A stretch of DNA of 64,000 nucleotides from Macrostomum hystrix (taxonomy: Eukaryota > Animalia > Platyhelminthes): positions 2,604,001 to 2,668,000 of the forward strand of contig CATNEN010000002.1 of the NCBI GenBank assembly GCA_950097015.1. The letters run 5' to 3'. Position 1 is the first letter of the stretch; the number at the start of each line of letters is the position of its first letter. Below, piece by piece: positions 60,801 to 64,000 of this stretch. The notes under the pieces were generated by a model. The model was given only the letters and a program-made list of their open reading frames with translations. It was not told the DNA's origin and did no database searches. The translations under genes were made by a program, and so were the position numbers.

Positions 60801-63641
60801 TGAAAGTCTTCTCCGCCATGATGTATTTCGGTACGGGCTTCCCTGAAGGTGTAAATCGAAGCGAAGAGTGCCTATAACAAATACTATATGCTTCAAAACT
60901 GTCTAGCCAGGGCCACAAGTTTTTTTCGTTCGGCTGAAGCTCGAACTTCAAACCTCATAGTAAGAAATTCGAAGCTCTAACCATTGAGCTAAAGCCACTA
61001 GCTCCAAAGTTACCCCTAGCTCCAGCTCATAAGCTAGCTTTCTTTCCAATTTAGGCCTGGTACCTCTGGGTACAATGATGTAGACGTTGTATTCCATGAC
61101 CTTGGAGAACTGCGCCTCGCGGCCAGGTTGAAAGAAGGTGTGGCAACGGCAATAGTACATGCCAGATCTGTCGTGCTTCAAGCCGGTGATGTTCAAATTC
61201 GGCTCAGTCTCCGAGTACAATGGGATCATCTTGGGCCGATTGCGTCCGAGCAACTGCCGGGAACTTTTCTGCGGCGTGTACACCCAGGAATAGCGATGAC
61301 ATGGCAGCCCGTCGTCATCCAGATTGTTGCTGAGAGGCAAGCATGGTAAGATGAACTCAAAACCCTCAGAAAGAGCGACGTCTCTGGTGTCTGCGAGTTT
61401 TGGCAAGACTTCAATGTCCGCTTTCTTTGAGTCAAAATTGGACACCGATATTGTTGACTCTGGCTGGCGCTGGCAGCTGAATGTGCCCCAGTGCTCCACG
61501 CCCAGCGGGTTCAGTACAAGATCGTCGCCATCGCGAGACACTCCAGGCGGTAGCAAGTCTGCCTCAGTCTCGTCCATCGAGCTGTAGCGCTGCTTGTTCT
61601 GCGCGCCCAGAGGATTCCCCAGCGATACCGCTGACTTTGCGTTGGCCGGCGTGAACTTCCAGTCGATGGGAATGCTGACCTTGTTTGGACTGCGGACGAT
61701 CTTATTGCACTTGAGGCGCACCGCACTGCCCACAGGCTGCTCCACCTTGCTGGTTGGTGACGTCAGTTCCCAGTTAAAGGGCTGCCCTGTATACGGGAGA
61801 CAAAAGAAATACTAAATCCAATGAAGGCATGTCTATATTGGCGATATAATCAAGACATGTGAAGTGGGTGCTCAGATTTGAAACGGTGAAGTACGAGGAC
61901 ATAATCGCTAAAGAATCATAGTCACGAGGGTCGGGTTTAGGAGCGGAGCAGAGTGCCTTTTTCAGTTGAAAAGACCTCCGGGTACTGAAGTATTTCAACA
62001 CAAAATAATATATTTTTCTGCATCTACCTCGTACAAAGATATGAACAATATCTGCTTTTACAGAGAAATGTTTGTTGTCCTTGTCGCCAGTGTCTTCGAC
62101 ACGAGATTCGTGCGAATTTATCTATAGATTGAATATTGAGTACATTCATGAATTCAAATTAAACTGTCTAGTTGGCACACTTACGTGGCTTAAGAATGAT
62201 GGGCACTCTTCGACTAATAGTGACATTGTTGACCATGTCGCTGACGTGGCATGTCCAATAGCCGGTGTCATTGTCATTATTCATGTCGTGGACGACTATG
62301 TCCGTAAAATTGGCGCCGTTGGCCTGCTGCTTGATGGCTTCGAAGCGCTCCGAAAGACGCCCAGTAGGGAACGGGAGCCGTGTCAACGTGGCCCTGAACT
62401 GGGCTGGTCGCGACGGCTGCATTGTGGAGTGGACGGTTGTGAGTTATTGTCAAGTTTCTCAAGTTTTAATGTCACTTAGAGAAGAGCGACGAACCTCCAT
62501 GGGCACAACTGAGCACTTTAGAGTGGTGGTGTCGGGGTCCTTGGGATCGCTTCGCAGCACCAACCTCTTCACCGAGCTGCTTTGCACCGTCAGGTTAGAA
62601 AATGCCACTGCGGACCCGGATCGTCTGTTGAAGCCTTCGCATCTGTACCGACCACTGTCTGACGGGCTGGCGTCCTTGATCACAAGGCGGGTCGACTTCT
62701 CATCGCGCACCTGGTAGATTCGGGACGTATCTGCCAAACGACGTCCATCAGAGTCCTGCCACTCCAGCAGCCAGGCGATGCCGTTGTAGCCGGGTTTTTG
62801 TCGCCTGACCAGGCAAGTCAGCACCACTGTACGACCGGACGGCACATTCAGGGTCTCTGGCTCCACGGTTGGAACCACGTCTGTGAATGCATCGGCCACG
62901 GAGTTGACAGTTATGGTACACAACGTGCTGATCCCTGGATCTTACACACAGTAAAAGATCCTTAGATATGAACTGCTTTGAATCTGGCTCACTTTATACA
63001 GCTTTTAAAACTTTGGATTTACACTGGACATGTTAATTTTGTGAACCAGCTATTTATTTTCTTGTCCGAGAAGTAGCGTATTCATGCAGAGAAGAAGTGC
63101 ACTTGATATCGCTAATATAAATGCGCTAGTACACTTAGCATATTGAACTCGGCCATTCGATTTGAATGGAAATAATTAGGTCAAATGGAAACAAAGCTAT
63201 TGGTTAGCTTACACTCTTCACAATCGGGTCGCTGTCCTCTTGGTCGGCCCACAATCTTGTCTGCATAGCCTTCCTCGCAGCTGAAATCGTTGAACAAGGA
63301 GAGCAAGCAGTACATGTACCATGCATGAATGAATGCTTGTTTCCTATGTAGAACTTTCGCTTTTCGAATGTGAAATCTTATCTAACCACGACTCGGCAAG
63401 CGCCTATTAGACTCTGCTGAGGTACTGAGGTTTTTTACCTGATTTTCCTCCTAGACTCTTAATAATGAACCAGGTAATTTGAAGGCTATTTTATCTTCTG
63501 TCTGAATTGAACTGTTTCTTGGTCTTACGTGTCACAACCCGGAGAGTTCCTGTAGCCTTCTAGGCAGGGAACACACTTCCACCTGTTCACATTTGAGTTG
63601 TAGTCCACAATCTTGTGGAAATCTCCGGTTGTCTTGCAGTC
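54848..63641 (-). CDS. Second copy of the perlecan-like gene, 3' exons only (5' exons would lie beyond the window end)
   Basis: Exons at +24972/+24978 offsets, e.g. 63641-63529, 62934-62495, 62416-62185, 61786-61064, 55058-54848; splice sites intact; a few amino-acid changes. Confidence 0.78.
57716..59362 (+). mobile_element. Duplicate Gmr1-like Gypsy pol remnant
   Basis: Near-identical to 32744-34390. Confidence 0.88.
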
Positions 63642-63835
63642 CTGACGATAAAATTGTTAAGTCTTGATGTAAACATTTGCATTACAGTTTGCTACCAAAC
63701 CATTTGGTGATATCAGCTCTGAACTCTGCTTTCACTGTTTAGTTACGTCGGTCTAGTTTGCAATCCACATGCTCTTCGCTCGTGAATAAATTACGAGCGA
63801 TGCTTAAATAAATTCATGTTACTCTACAATTTCAG

Positions 63836-64000
63836 CTGCGGAGATACAGATTTCAAGAGCCAACTTGTTTCTTGTGTCGCAGGTTCACATGTCTTATTGA
63901 ATGCTCAACAATATCTAGTTGCTATTGGCGGCTTTAGCCCAGAGGTCACAGCTGCTGTCAAAAACTTGAAAAGTGCGCCCAGCATCTTAGGTGGCCCTGG
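63836..64000 (+). CDS. Duplicate of the putative nested antisense exon (partial)
   Basis: Identical acceptor and open frame CGDTDFKSQLVSC... running to the window end. Confidence 0.4.

Larger units (their letters stand above)
43449..64000 (+). repeat. Second copy of a ~24.4-25 kb tandem segmental duplication of ~19030-39020 (runs off the window)
   Basis: Identical ORFs at offsets 24419 (19644/44063), 24025, 24352, 24972 and 24978; few substitutions. Confidence 0.95.

Overview
Eukaryotic (invertebrate metazoan) genomic DNA: it has spliceosomal introns, DNA/LTR transposon relics and satellites, and no prokaryotic operons or CRISPR arrays. A flatworm such as Macrostomum is a guess from the short introns and 18-33 bp repeats and is not verifiable here. 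Layout: (1) 1-9130, a ~9 kb 23-bp satellite that ends in a Helitron-type hairpin+CTAG terminus. (2) 9134-12200, nine head-to-tail ~340-bp non-autonomous Helitrons, followed by the 5' end of a second Helitron family. (3) 13055-14463 (-), a complete 3-exon gene for a ~303-aa secreted protein (signal peptide, Ig-like domain, two 6-Cys repeats) that the ORF track splits up. (4) 14.9-18.4 kb, 18-bp and 23-bp tandem arrays. (5) ~19030-39020, duplicated at ~43450-64000 (offset 24.0-25.0 kb, ~99% identical by eye); the unit carries Crypton-like tyrosine-recombinase relics, two IS630/Tc1-like families, a BEL/Pao relic, a Gmr1-type Gypsy relic (integrase before RT), tRNA-derived SINEs and a multi-exon perlecan-like gene (laminin-EGF, laminin IV-A/B domain, Ig domains; 41884->29876, minus strand). 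The most interesting observation is that the perlecan-like gene and the small Cys-repeat gene share a homologous promoter, signal-peptide exon and exon-2 ends, and that this homology starts exactly at a Helitron 5' end. One 5' cassette therefore appears to be spliced to two unrelated protein bodies, which points to recent exon shuffling in a Helitron-rich locus. Exon models were derived by hand from GT-AG sites and phase continuity, with no database searches.
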